From Octopus vulgaris (taxonomy: Eukaryota), in contig OX597829.1 of the NCBI GenBank assembly GCA_951406725.2, positions 27,652,001-27,716,000 of the forward strand: a DNA stretch of 64,000 nucleotides. The letters are read 5' to 3'. Shown here in pieces: positions 12,637 to 25,002 of the stretch; positions within the stretch are counted from its first letter, which is position 1; every line of letters begins with the position of its first letter. Under the pieces are notes generated by a model. It was not told where the DNA came from and did no database searches. It was given only the letters and a program-made list of their open reading frames with translations. Position numbers and translations under genes: made by a program.

Positions 12637-12919
12637 TAAATCTTCACATCTCCTCCACATTATCACCTTTACAAGTAAATAATTATCGTGTGTAAATTTT
12701 TATTTAATATAAATTGAGAGAAAAATGCAGGCGAAAACAGGCATTTCATTTTTTCATCACCTTCAGGGTGGGCCATGTTTCATCATCCTCATCACCGTCT
12801 TCGTTGTCATCATCATCGTTATCGTCGTCGTTGCTATCCTCTTTCAACAACATCATCACCAACGCTATTTGTCTTTTAGTAGTGCATCATATTTCAGGTT
12901 TACCATTAAAATATAGACG

Positions 12920-13487
12920 CCGGCGAGCAATTAGAATCGGTGGCACGTTGGGCAAAATGCTTAACAGTATTTCGTCTGCCGTTACGTTCTGAGTTCAAAT
13001 TCCGCCGAGGTCGACTTTGTCTTTCATACTTTACGGGTCGATAAATTAAGTACCAGTTACGCACTGGGGTCGATATAATCGACTTAATCCGTTTGTCTGT
13101 CCTTGTTTGTCCTCTCTGTTTAGCCCCCTGTGGGTAGTAAAGACATTGGTATTTCGTCTGCCGCTATGTTCTGAGTTCAAATTCCGCCGAGGTCGACTTT
13201 GCCTTTCATCCTTTCGGAGTCGATTAAATAAGTACCAGTTACTGGGGTCGATATAATCGACTTAATCCGTTTGTTTGTCCTCTCTGTGTTTAGCCTCTTG
13301 TGGGCAGTAAAGAAATAGCTATTTCGTCCGTCTTTTTTAGGTTCTGATTACAAATTCCGCCGGGATCGACTTTGCTTTTCATCCTTTTTGGGTCGATAAA
13401 ATAAGTACCAGTTAGGCATTTGAGTCGGTGTAATCGACTAGCCCCCTTTCCCCCGAAATTGCGGGCCTTGTGCCAAAATTTTGAAAT
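12920..13487 (+). mobile_element. SINE family C with three tandem ~170-180-bp body units
   Basis: Units begin tatttcgtc at about 12968, 13150 and 13320; one head and one tail. Confidence 0.85.
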
Positions 13488-13789
13488 TTATAGACAGTGA
13501 TATAAAAATTAAGTTTAGCTTCATTTCATTTCAATTAATGAAAAGCAATGTAAATATTAGTGGACAGAAAAAAAATATGCTTTAGTTTTTGTAATAAGGT
13601 TTTTGCACAAATTTATTCCCCCCCCCGTGTTTTTAATGGCATATTTAAAATATATAAGTTATTTTAAGTTAATGTAGAGTTCTACTCTGTTAAAGTCTTG
13701 ATGAATTTTAAACAGTTTACGAACTTAAGTAGTTTCAAATCTTATTATGCAATCTGGTTTTCAATAAATTTACTATCTTTTATTTTTTA

Positions 13790-14285
13790 TATCTTTCACT
13801 TACTGGACTTCGACCAAGCTTGGAGGGTTTTAGTCGAACAAATCGACCCCACCATTTAATTTTTAAAGAAAATGTTGCTACTTTATCAGACTTTTATGGT
13901 GAACTGTCAAGTTAGGGACTGTAAACAAATCAATATCGATTGTCAAGTGGTCGTGGGGGACGTTCACACATATTTAGTGTACAAAAATGTCCTCCAAATC
14001 CACACACTCATATGTTTGTATTTGTGTGTATATATACATACATACATATATGTGTGTGTGTGTGTGTGTATGTATACACACACATACAAACATATATGAG
14101 TGTATATATATATATGTATAAAGCTTTGTGTGTGGATTTGGAGGACATTTCTGTCCACTAAATGCACACACAAGGCTTTGGGCTGCCTGGACTTATTGTA
14201 CAAGACGCTTGTCTTAGGTCCCACTACGTGGGACTAAGCCCCAAACCATGTTCTTGGGAGGCAAAACACCGCCACAACTGCGCCT
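13790..14285 (-). mobile_element. SINE family A (diverged) with an internal 35-bp inverted repeat
   Basis: Family A blocks at both ends; IR at 13972-14006 / 14129-14163. Confidence 0.6.
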
Positions 14286-15033
14286 ATATTTATATTTATC
14301 AGTTTATTATATTATGTTTATCTCTGTTTAAATTAGGTCTACACCTGCATTATTTTTGTACTCTTTTTTTTTTAGGATGACTCGTAGTTAGCCTTGCATG
14401 TAAGTCTCGCCTCTTCACATCCACTTATATATATCTATCTATTCATTGTGAAAGGCTTACAGATTTGAGCGGGAACGGAATACCACAAGGCATGTTGTTG
14501 CCTGATCCTCACATACTTCTGCCAATCCTCCACCCTGGATTGGTTCTTTTCTATTCAATCCCCAAAAAGGCAAAGTTGACCTTCGCGGGATTTCAGCTTA
14601 GTCAGAACGAACACCATGAGGTATTTACGATTCCTTTCTTGCCTGAAGATCCTGTGCGAAACCCAGGGTAGCAAAAGACTGATTCGACTAAAATAAAATA
14701 AAAGATTGTGTGCGTGTGTAAAAGATAAGTGATTTTTAAGCAACTCTCATATTAAACCTCTGAAAAGCAGCTAGTGATGCATTCTTGCCTGGACTCAAGA
14801 ATATTCATAACTTTGTAGCCAGTGTTTGCAGCAGGAATCCTTAAAGTGGGTGGTAGTAAAAATTGGTTCAACATTTTTGCTGGAAATATCATGGCTTCAA
14901 TACTTTGACCCCTGCGCGCGCATGTTGGTTCTGGCTGCTTGCTTATTTTAATACAAATAGGCTCAGCGAATGGTTTGTTATGGAGCTGGTATAATTATTT
15001 GCCCCCACTGATATATATATATATGTATGTATG

Positions 15034-15098
<65 letters not shown>

Positions 15099-15156
15099 GT
15101 ATGTACATACACACATATAAGGGAAGAAGGTGTACGTTACGCCGCAATAATATATG

Positions 15157-15213
<57 letters not shown>

Positions 15214-15262
15214 CATGAGTCATAGAATAATTGTTTATATTAAGGATTTGGTATTTATTTTA

Positions 15263-15513
15263 TCGGGCTGTCAGATAAATCCCTTCGTTTATTCCCCCTC
15301 CCTACCTAGCACTCTGTCTTCGTATGTCAGAAAAGTGGTAAAAATTATTCTAATTTCAAAAGCGATGAACAAAAGTTAGTTGAGGCAAGAAATAGAACTA
15401 CAAAATGCCATAAAATACTACCGTAAAAATAGTTTTCGTTTTAATTCAAATAACGTTAGAAGGATTAAGATAAAGAAGAAAGGGGGAACAAATGCTTTTA
15501 TCTGACAATTCAG
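15263..15513. mobile_element. Tc1/mariner-type MITE (family of 29464 and 41178)
   Basis: TA-flanked TIR gg.tgtcagataaa / tttatctgacaa. Confidence 0.65.
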
Positions 15514-16027
15514 TATCATATATTAAAAAAATGTTGGACAAAATCAAGAATAGAAAGTTTATTGTATACGAAAGAGGAAATACTTTACGAACCAAAAACA
15601 TAGTCTTTCACGTGTTTGTCGTAGCTTCAATTTATTTCTCCTGTGTTTAATTAATTTAGGACCGACATTAAGTACAGATGAAAGTGAAGCAAATATTTCA
15701 ATGTAGAATGGCGGTGTGTGACACCCTGAATTTTAGAGTAACATACAGTGCTTTTGCATTGGAATACTCAATCCAAATCACACACAAAAAAAAAGTAGTT
15801 GGGTGCTGTAGAATTTCGTGTGCAATGTTGGCTTTCTCATCTCCGAGTGTTGCTACATTTTTCTTTTTGTTTTCAATTACTCTGAAATTATAGCTTGTTC
15901 GTGTTTTGGTAATAAGATAGTATATAGTTTTTATGGAGTTTTTCAAACATTAAAATTTGCAGAACTAGCGAGCCACCTCCAAATAAATGTCTAATTAATA
16001 TGTAACTCTATACTAATTTATACGTAA

Positions 16028-16196
16028 GACAACCGATGCTGGTGTGTTTACATCCCCGTAACTTAGCGGTTCGGCTAAAGGGACCGATAGAATAAGTAAT
16101 AGGCTTACAAAGAATAAGTCCCGGGGTCGATTTGCTCGACTAAAGGCGGTGCTCCAGCATGGCCGCAGTCAAATGACTGAAACAAGTAAAAGAGTA
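16028..16196 (+). mobile_element. SINE family A, 3' half
   Basis: Near-identical to 19403-19570. Confidence 0.9.
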
Positions 16197-16269
16197 GTCT
16201 CTCATAAACCCTTGGTTCTCATTCTTCTTAATTTTGTGGCACACTTGAAGTCAGTCCATCCGTCCGCCC

Positions 16270-16730
16270 TTCCATCCATCCATCTTCGCTGCCCATTATT
16301 CCTGGGAGGATAGTGGGAATGGAGTTCACAGATAACCCCTCCATAGGGTTCTATCGGAAGCAGCTTTCCAAATGAGACTATGGATGTTATCCAACCATCA
16401 CATTTTTGGTTTACTCAATCTCATGCCGGTTAGCTTGGCTTGGAGACTCTGTATCGCGATCCGTTTCTGTGTCACTCTAATCACATATTCATAGCACCAG
16501 AGCTGTGACCTCTCAGTGCGAAGAAGAAGCTGCTCGACCTGGAGAGTCTCCTTGATATATAAGTTATGCACTCTGTCGAGTAACGTTTCCCGAAAGATTT
16601 TTCGGTGGAATCGAACTTCGACTGCTTGTATTCGCGATCGTATTTTTTTACTCAAAACTCATGACCATCGGTTGAAATTAGGTTCAAAAACAGAATTGAA
16701 AATGAGCGAGTTTGGCCTTTTCTTTTACTA
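16270..16730 (-). mobile_element. RTE-clade LINE 3' fragment (decayed)
   Basis: ORF 16398-16655 RSRIQAVEVRFHRKI..LLDRV..I..TLQVEQLLLRTERSQL resembles the RTE/Rex3 ORF C-terminus. Confidence 0.75.
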
Positions 16731-17141
16731 GTCTCTAAGTAAACCCGCAGTTCATTCTTTTTTTTACCTCATTGCACACTAGCAATCAATTTTTTTAAAA
16801 TTGCTGTAATATTTCATATGAAAATTTGATGAAAAAGCAACCATAAATTATTTTTTACGGTCAAGATTTTAGAAAAAATATAGCATACAATTGTTTGCTT
16901 GGTTTTTATTAATTTTACTTGTGTAGAATTAACTAAATCCTGAATAACACGTTTTTCAAGATGCTAGTTTTTCTAAAATTCCACTGCACAGATATTTCCT
17001 TGCAATGCACCATTCGTCAACCCAATGATCCAAACTAAGGACAGCCAAATTGTCGGATAAGATCAATGATTTTTTTTGGTATTTTCTGTGTTAAAGAGCT
17101 GTCGCATATACTTTTATAATTATATTAATAAATTAACTCTC

Positions 17142-17830
17142 GTGAAGGTGTGTGGGCTAATTGTTAGGGTGTTGCTCGTAAGATCGTGGTTTCCATTCTG
17201 GCACCCGGCTTGTGTGGAGGCGCAATGGCCCAGTAATTAGGGCAGCGGACTCGCGGTCTTAGGATCGCGGTTTCGATTCCCAGACCGGGCGTTGTGAGTG
17301 TTTATTAAGCGAAAACACCTAAAGTTCCACGAAGCTCCGGCAGGGTGGTGGTGGTGAACCCTGCTGTACTATTTCACCACAACTTTCTCTTACTCTTTCT
17401 TTCTGTTTCTGTTGTACCTGTATTTCAACGGGCCAGCCTTGTCATAGTCTGTGTCACGCTGAATCTCCCCCGAGAACTACGTTAAGGGTACACGTGTCTG
17501 TGGAGCGCTCAGGCACTTGAACGTTAATTTCACGAGCAGGCTGTCCCGTTGATCGGATCAACTGGAACCCTCGTCGTCGTAACCGACGGAGTGCCAAACA
17601 ACCAACCACCCGGCTTGTGTTGTGTTCTTGAGCAAAACACTTCATCTCACTTTGCTCTGCGATCACTTTGACACCTGACGTGTGTGGTACAACGTGCGCC
17701 TGATCAGGCAAGTTGATTTTATGGAGCGCGTGAGCTAACTTGTAGCTGTAAGCACATACATTCAATCACTATAAAACAAATTATCTCTGCAGGGTATTCA
17801 ACAAAAAGTTGTGGGATCCTCGTCTTCGTT
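17142..17830 (+). mobile_element. SINE family B (head B + tail Z), split by a younger SINE
   Basis: Head at 17142-17201 continues at 17621 (tgtgttcttgagcaaaacacttc); homologous to 22800-23097 (-). Confidence 0.7.
17216..17606 (+). mobile_element. tRNA-headed SINE (head B2 + tail X) with a 14-bp TSD
   Basis: Box A/B-like tggcccagt..ttagg / ggtttcgattccc; TSD cacccggcttgtgt at 17202-17215 and 17607-17620. Confidence 0.9.
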
Positions 17831-18317
17831 TATCCACCAATAAAATATACCGAGGCGTTAAAATAGATTAATTTCTGTTTGTTGAAGCTTTTTCTTTTAT
17901 TGCAGTTAATACTTTAAAATTCAAATGGTAGGTTATATGTTTAAAAGTAGGTTTTTCTTTTTCTTTCTTTTTTTTTAAATAGCATTAAAGCTCAAATATC
18001 TACATATATAAAACTTAAGTTCTGCATGGCGCTCGTGAGCAGTAGTTTGGCCACCAGTTGATCTAAATCAACGGTTCTCGACCATTTTTTTTTCTTTAAT
18101 CTATGGATCCTTTGATTACTCTTTTATTCTGGTGGACCCCATGCCATTTGATGTTTAAAAACTAATTTTATATATACTTCTTTCCTATTTTGTTCATCAC
18201 ACATTTTACTTGTGTAGACTGAACTACGTACGCAAACATTTGAGAAATAAACCTAGCTGTTTCTTGCAATAAATACATTTTAAGCAAACATTTTTTATGG
18301 ACCTTTAATATAGAACT

Positions 18318-18640
18318 GTGGAGGCACATGGCCTAGTGGTTAGAGCAGCGGATTCGCGGTCGAGGTATCGCGGGTTCAAATCTCAAACCGGACGATGTGT
18401 GTTTATGTGTTTATGAATGAAACACCTAAGCTCCACGCGGCTCCAGCAGAAGGTAATGGCGAACTTCTGCTGAGTCTTTCATCGCAACTTTCTCTCACTC
18501 TTTCCTCCTGCATCTTGCAGCTCACCTGCGACGGACCGGCGTTCTGCCCAGGTGGGGAACCTATAAGCCAAGGAAACCAAGAAACCGGCCCTAATGAGCC
18601 AGGCGTGGCTCGAGAAAGAAAAGAGAGAGGAGAAGAAGAA
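18318..18640 (+). mobile_element. tRNA-headed SINE (head B2 + tail Y)
   Basis: Head and middle match 17216-17405; tail matches the reverse complement of 55475-55572. Confidence 0.8.
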
Positions 18641-19191
18641 TAAAGAGCTACGGGTCCCCAACTTACTATTTTGCTTGCGTGGCCCTCTTGATCTAAACCA
18701 GGGGTAGGAGAAACTTTTTAGTGCGGCGGGCAAAAATTTCCAGTGAAAAAGTCCGCGGGCGGACCACAAGTTATAACTCTTATATCTGTGTAAATTTGTA
18801 TGTATTTATGTATAATTCGATATACATTAATAAAGATAGTTTACACATTACACATTAAATAACATATAAATAACAATAAATTAGCATGTAACGTCTTCAT
18901 TAACGCCACCACTGAATTTGGGATGTTTATATTACTTATGCGGTATTCTATATTTTCCAGTTAGAGTGTAGTTGGGTGTCAAGGGGATGATACAAACCTA
19001 TCGATATGTGTTTTATAGTGAAAACAAAATTTCCGTTCAAATAGCAATTTCCGAACGATTTCTGTTGGAGTCTAACCGTTTTAAGTCGTAGTGGAAACGC
19101 GACCTATGAATATTGTATAATTCATATGAATATTGTATAAATTTTATAATTGAAAAATTTATTATATTTAGTACATATTTTGTATATATGC

Positions 19192-19570
19192 GCAGGAGTG
19201 GCTGTGTGGTAAGTAGCTTGCTTACCAACCACATGGTTACGGGTTCAGTCCCACTGCGTGATACCTTGAGCACGTGTCTTCTACTATAGCCTCGGGCCGA
19301 CCAAAGCCTTGTGAGTGTATTTGGTAGACGGAAACATAAAGAAGCCCGTCCTATATATGTATGTCTGTGTGTGTGTATGTCTTTGTCCCCTGAACATCGC
19401 TTGACAACCGATGCTGGTGTGTTTACGTCCCCGTAACTTAGCGATTCAGCAAAAGAGACCGATAGAATAAGTACTAGGCTTACAAAGAATAAGTCCTAGG
19501 GTCGACGTGCTCGACTAAAAGGCGGTGCTCCAGCATGGCCACAGTCAAATGACTGACACAAGTAAAAGAG
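19192..19570 (+). mobile_element. SINE family A, full-length reference copy
   Basis: tRNA-like head (tggctgtgtggtaag...gggttcagtccc), internal (TA/TG)n, end ...caagtaaaagag. Confidence 0.9.
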
Positions 19571-20136
19571 TTCGTGGATAGTTAATAGGTTGCATGTGGT
19601 GCTAAAGAAGGAGCAATAACTCCCTGAAATATGCATACACATCTATTACCTATTTTCCCATCTTTGATCGCTTTGTTTACATTAGACATATACCGATACG
19701 AAACGTAATAACTCAATGCTGGCTATAATTTCTATAGAAAATCTGTAGAGAGCCTTTTAAGAAAAGTGATTTAATAGCACCGCTAACACAGTAGGACTCA
19801 ATATTGACTTTTAAAGCGTTTGATATACTTTGTAATATATATCATAGCTACATAACATACCAATAGAAATAATGCTCTTCAGGATCTGGCTATTCAGTTG
19901 TATAAGATTTTGCTTATTTTCTTTCTGTTTTACAAGTGATTCATCGGATTCGAAGGGCGTTATAGTCATACTAGCGTTGTTGTGCCGATAGAGAAAAAAA
20001 TGTGAGGGTCTGTTTATATTAGTTGTGTCCTTTGAGTTAACAAAGACATTGCTTTCTCTTAGATGATAAAAATGTCATAAATTTTATATAAAAATAAAAA
20101 TTAGTGAAAATTAGTTTAATTCAAAAAAAGTATATA

Positions 20137-20645
20137 CCGTAAATCCTCGTGTATAATCCGCATTTCCCCCAAAAATTTAAAGGTCAAAATCCCTAGTGCA
20201 TATTTTATAAAAATGAAAATTATTTTCTTAGCAATATCCGAGTCTCTATTTGCTGCCCGGCAATGTTTATTCAGACGCATTTTGTGATGTCGATCGCGAA
20301 AATACCTTAAGCTAAGCCTGAAAGCAATGAAGTCATAAAAGAATCATCCATAACTTACAGTAAGCAACATTTATTAAACGTTATTATTGTTATTACCGTT
20401 ATTTCTTTATTTTCTGCAAACAAAATGCACAAAAAGGCTACACGTTTGCATTATGTTATATATACAATAATAATAAAGGACGTTACCGTATACATTTTTA
20501 CAAACCAAGGGCGTTATATAGACCTTAACTCAAGTTAGAGAAGGGGTGCGTATTATACACAAGGTTTAGGTTTTTCAGAAGTACAGCACCCTAAAAATCC
20601 CCTACGTATTAAACTCAAGGGCGAATTATACTCAAGGATTTACGG
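20137..20645. mobile_element. Tc2/pogo-like non-autonomous DNA transposon
   Basis: TA-flanked ~25-bp TIRs ccgtaaatcctcgtgtataatccgc / gcgaattatactcaaggatttacgg. Confidence 0.8.
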
Positions 20646-21094
20646 TATATATATATTACTTAATTCGTTAATTATATATATATATATATATAACGCAAAA
20701 GTAATAGATTGGCTTTCTGTTTCTATATCAACATTCTTAAGCATACAACGCTAAATGATTCATTATAAAGTTTACAAATTGTGTCCTGTAAAATATGAAA
20801 CAAGTGGTGTGTGTGTGTGTGAGAGAGAAAGAGAGTAGATGTAATCGAATACACATGGATATGTTAAAATGAATATCTTTTTCTACTTTTCTGTCAAACA
20901 GACCAATCCCTCTTAACTCGCAGAGAGAGAGGTAAACAACACATCCGTTTACAATTATCGACGTTTATCCGATTACAAACAAAAACAATGGCTAAAATTC
21001 CTGTTGTTTTATCATTTGATATACTTTGTTTTAGATTTTGGGACATACACTGTTTTGTGCCTCATGTACATATATAATACACACACACACATAT

Positions 21095-21157
21095 ATATGT
21101 AGATGATATATAAATTTATATATATATATATTTATATATATGTAGATAATATAAATT

Positions 21158-21200
<43 letters not shown>

Positions 21201-21262
21201 TGATAATATATTATATATATGTAGATAACATATATATTATATATATATTATTTATATATATA

Positions 21263-21313
<51 letters not shown>

Positions 21314-21411
21314 GTAGATAATATATAAATTTATATATATATGTGTGTGTGTGTGTGTGTAGATAATATATTATATATATATATGTAGATAACATATATA
21401 TTATATATATA

Positions 21412-21444
<33 letters not shown>

Positions 21445-21512
21445 ATGTAGATAATATATAAATTTATATATATATATTTATACATATGTAGATAATATAA
21501 ATTTATATATAT
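21095..21512. repeat. AT-rich minisatellite (atgtagataatatataaatttata units) with a ~180-bp higher-order duplication
   Basis: Directly visible. Confidence 0.85.
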
Positions 21513-21687
21513 TGCCACTATATCATGCCTGTTCGTTAACCAGCTAGAAAAGACATTTTCCTGGGGCTAAAATGTAGTAACATAGTTCCGTATAGAACAA
21601 CCATGTTATAATGGCAAAAAATACGTTGTCATCTAGTATCGTTACTACTTAATATCTCATTCAAAGATTTTAGAACTAGCTACTTTG

Positions 21688-21689
<2 letters not shown>

Positions 21690-21769
<80 letters not shown>

Positions 21770-21771
21770 TG

Positions 21772-21803
<32 letters not shown>

Positions 21804-21857
21804 TGTATATATATGTATGTATATATATATGTATATATATGTATGTATATATATATG

Positions 21858-21922
<65 letters not shown>

Positions 21923-22175
21923 GTATGTATATATATATGTATATATATGAATGTATATATATATGTATATGTATGTATATATATGAATGTATATATATAT
22001 GTATATGTATGTATATATATGAATGTATATATATATGTATATGTATGTATATATATATGTATGTATATGTATGTATATATATATATATATGTATGTATAT
22101 ATATATATGTATGTATATATATATATATATGTATGTATATATATATATATGTATGTATATATATATATATGTATG

Positions 22176-22208
<33 letters not shown>

Positions 22209-22255
22209 GTATATATATGTATATATATGTATGTATATATATATGTATATATACG

Positions 22256-22286
<31 letters not shown>

Positions 22287-22335
22287 GTGTATATATATGT
22301 ATATATATGTATGTATATATATATGTATATATACG

Positions 22336-22373
<38 letters not shown>

Positions 22374-22529
22374 TATATGTATATATATGTATATATATGT
22401 ATATATATGTATGTATATATGTATATATATGTATGTATATATATATGTATATATATGTATGTATATATATATGTATATGTATGTATATATATATGTATAT
22501 ATATGTATATATATATGTATGTATGTGTG

Positions 22530-22574
<45 letters not shown>

Positions 22575-22669
22575 GTGTATATATGTATATATATATATAT
22601 GTATGTATGTGTGTATATATATATATGTATATATATATATGTGTGTGTGTGTGTATGTATATATATATG

Positions 22670-22706
<37 letters not shown>

Positions 22707-22795
22707 ATGTATATATATATGTATATATATATATGTGTGTGTGTGTGTATGTATATATATATGTATATATATGTGTGTGTGTGTATGTATGTATA
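21690..22795. repeat. 1.1-kb compound (TA)n/(TATG)n/(TG)n microsatellite
   Basis: Directly visible; source of the 300-400 aa YI-repeat ORFs. Confidence 0.97.
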
Positions 22796-22799
22796 TTAT

Positions 22800-23097
22800 G
22801 GACTCTTCCGTTGTTTGACGACGTATGAGGTTTCGACAATTTCTTACCGAACAACCACACATGATTTGTTTATAGTGATCAAATGTCTGTGTACATATAA
22901 GCTCACTCGCTCCATCAAATCGACATTACTTGTACAGGTGTAACCGGGTACCACATGTCAGATTTCGAAATGATCGCAGAGCAACGTGAAATGAAGTGCT
23001 TTGCTCATGAACATAACGCAACGCCCGGTCTGGGAATGGAACCCACGATCTCACAATCGTGAGTGCAACACACTAACCACTAAGCCATGCGCCTTCA
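22800..23097 (-). mobile_element. SINE family B (head B + tail Z)
   Basis: ctaaccactaagccatgcgccttca head; tail matches 17640-17825. Confidence 0.7.
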
Positions 23098-23624
23098 TAA
23101 TATATATATACACACACACACACACCACTTAAAAGTGGATATTGCGTTAGAACGCACAAGTACTGCGATATTTACCACGAGAGAAAAAATTTCATGTTTT
23201 TTTTTTTTCTGTGCATATAAGTGTGTTTATATTTGTGTGTGCGTGTACGGGCGCACGTATATAGAAGATAATTATCCATAACTTAACACGTACATGTGCT
23301 TTTTATATGTGTTTGCACTTGAAATTCATGGGCTACAAGCAATGGACTTAGTGTCATACATTGCTCCATTCAACAAATCAGCCGTAGATTTTTGCTCCTT
23401 CGAAGACATGCGAAGTAAGAGTTCTTTTACTTGAAAAACAAGTAAGGATTAGCGGCAACAAGGGCTTCAGGCTTGTAATAATAATAATATAGTCTTTAAT
23501 GCGTGATTACATGGTAAAACGGACGTTAAAACGAATGGGCGAATTCATAAATATCTGTTTTGCGCGCGCACACGCACACCCACACACCCACACACACACA
23601 CACACAAATAACATCTATAACACA

Positions 23625-23837
23625 TCTTTTATCTTTTGTTTCTGTTTTTAGATTATGGCCATGCTGGGCACCGCTTTGAACGGTTTTACTCGAATGAATC
23701 GACCTCAGTACTTATTTTTAAAGCCTGGTACTTATTCTGTCGGGCTCATATGCCGAAGCGCTAAGTTAAGGAGATGTAAACAAACCAACGCCGGTTCTCA
23801 AGAGCTGGTGGTGGAACAAACGCAGACACAGATATTA

Positions 23838-23925
<88 letters not shown>

Positions 23926-24062
23926 ATTTATTTACGACGGGAGTCTTACACTTTCCGTCTACCAATCCACTCTCAAATCTTTGGCCTGTCCGGTACCACG
24001 TATTGGGACTAAACTCAGAGCCACGTGGTCGAAAAGCAAACTTCTTACCACACAGCCTCGCC
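23625..24062 (-). mobile_element. SINE family A (diverged)
   Basis: ggccatgctgggcaccgc..., tttccgtctaccaatccactc, cttaccacacagcc. Confidence 0.7.
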
Positions 24063-24794
24063 TTCGCCAAAATAGGATGAAAAACAAAGTGGACATCGGT
24101 GAAATTTGAACTCAGAACGTAAAAAAATGCTGTCAATCAGTGAAGCGTGCTGACGATTCTACCAGGTCGCCGCCATGTTTAAAGAAAATGCTTATAACAT
24201 TATATATATTTTGTATATATAGGGTCTATATATGTTTACATATATATGCACACACACACACATACATATATATCTATGCATAATACATATATTTATGTGT
24301 GTGTGCGTGTATGTATCAAAGCAATTTAGAAGATTAGAATTGCCATTAGAAGTAGATCTCAAAGTGAGATAACCTTCACAAACGTCTGTCAATTACACAA
24401 GTGCAAAAATACGTGTGGCAACATCTATTTGTCATTAAGTAGGTTGATGCTAAGTAATGTAGTAATGGTATAGAAAAGTGCCAAATAAACTTGAAATAAG
24501 TTTAAGACTAGCTCCGTTAAATATATTAACGTTTTACTGTTAGAAAAATGACAAAAACAAATACCAAAAAAAAAAAGCACTTGAATGAATGTACGGAAAG
24601 GTTTTTCTTCTTTTTTTTTTCAATTTATTTGAAAAAAAAAAAAGAAAGAAAGAATAATCTGCGAGTACCGTCCATTCTTTTATAACAGTAATTTGGAAGG
24701 AAAAGATCTGCTTCAGTTTTTATATTCATAAAAACATTGGTTTTACGAAAATTTGTTGCGTTAATTCGAAGAATTAGAATTAACCTCTTTTTAA

Positions 24795-25002
24795 TTTTGG
24801 CACAAAGCTAGTTATGTCAAGTGGAGGCAACAAGTTGATTGTATCGATCTCAATGCTTCAAAGCTACTTTATTTTATCGACCCCGAAAGGGATGAAATGT
24901 AATGTCAACCTCGGCGAAATTTGAACTCGGAACGTGAAAAGTCGGAAGAAGTGCCGCTAAGTATGTTGTCCGGCATGCTAACGATTCTGCCAGACTGTCG
25001 CT
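24795..25002 (-). mobile_element. SINE family C
   Basis: ttttatcgaccccgaaagggatgaaa..gtcaacctcggcgaaatttgaactc..gctaacgattctgccag. Confidence 0.75.

Noticed and set aside
12968-13487. Repeat-spacer-like periodicity (CRISPR?)
   Set aside because: Units are ~175-bp SINE bodies without unique spacers; eukaryotic context and no cas genes
17216-17290. tRNA-like sequences with box A/B (also 18318, 31914, 55650-55722)
   Set aside because: They are SINE heads contiguous with SINE bodies and tails, with no complete cloverleaf or terminator
21657-22943. 300-400 aa ORFs on both strands (YI/IH/VC repeats); likewise 2133-2548, 11376-11891 and 56087-56972
   Set aside because: Translations of dinucleotide microsatellites, which lack stop codons by composition
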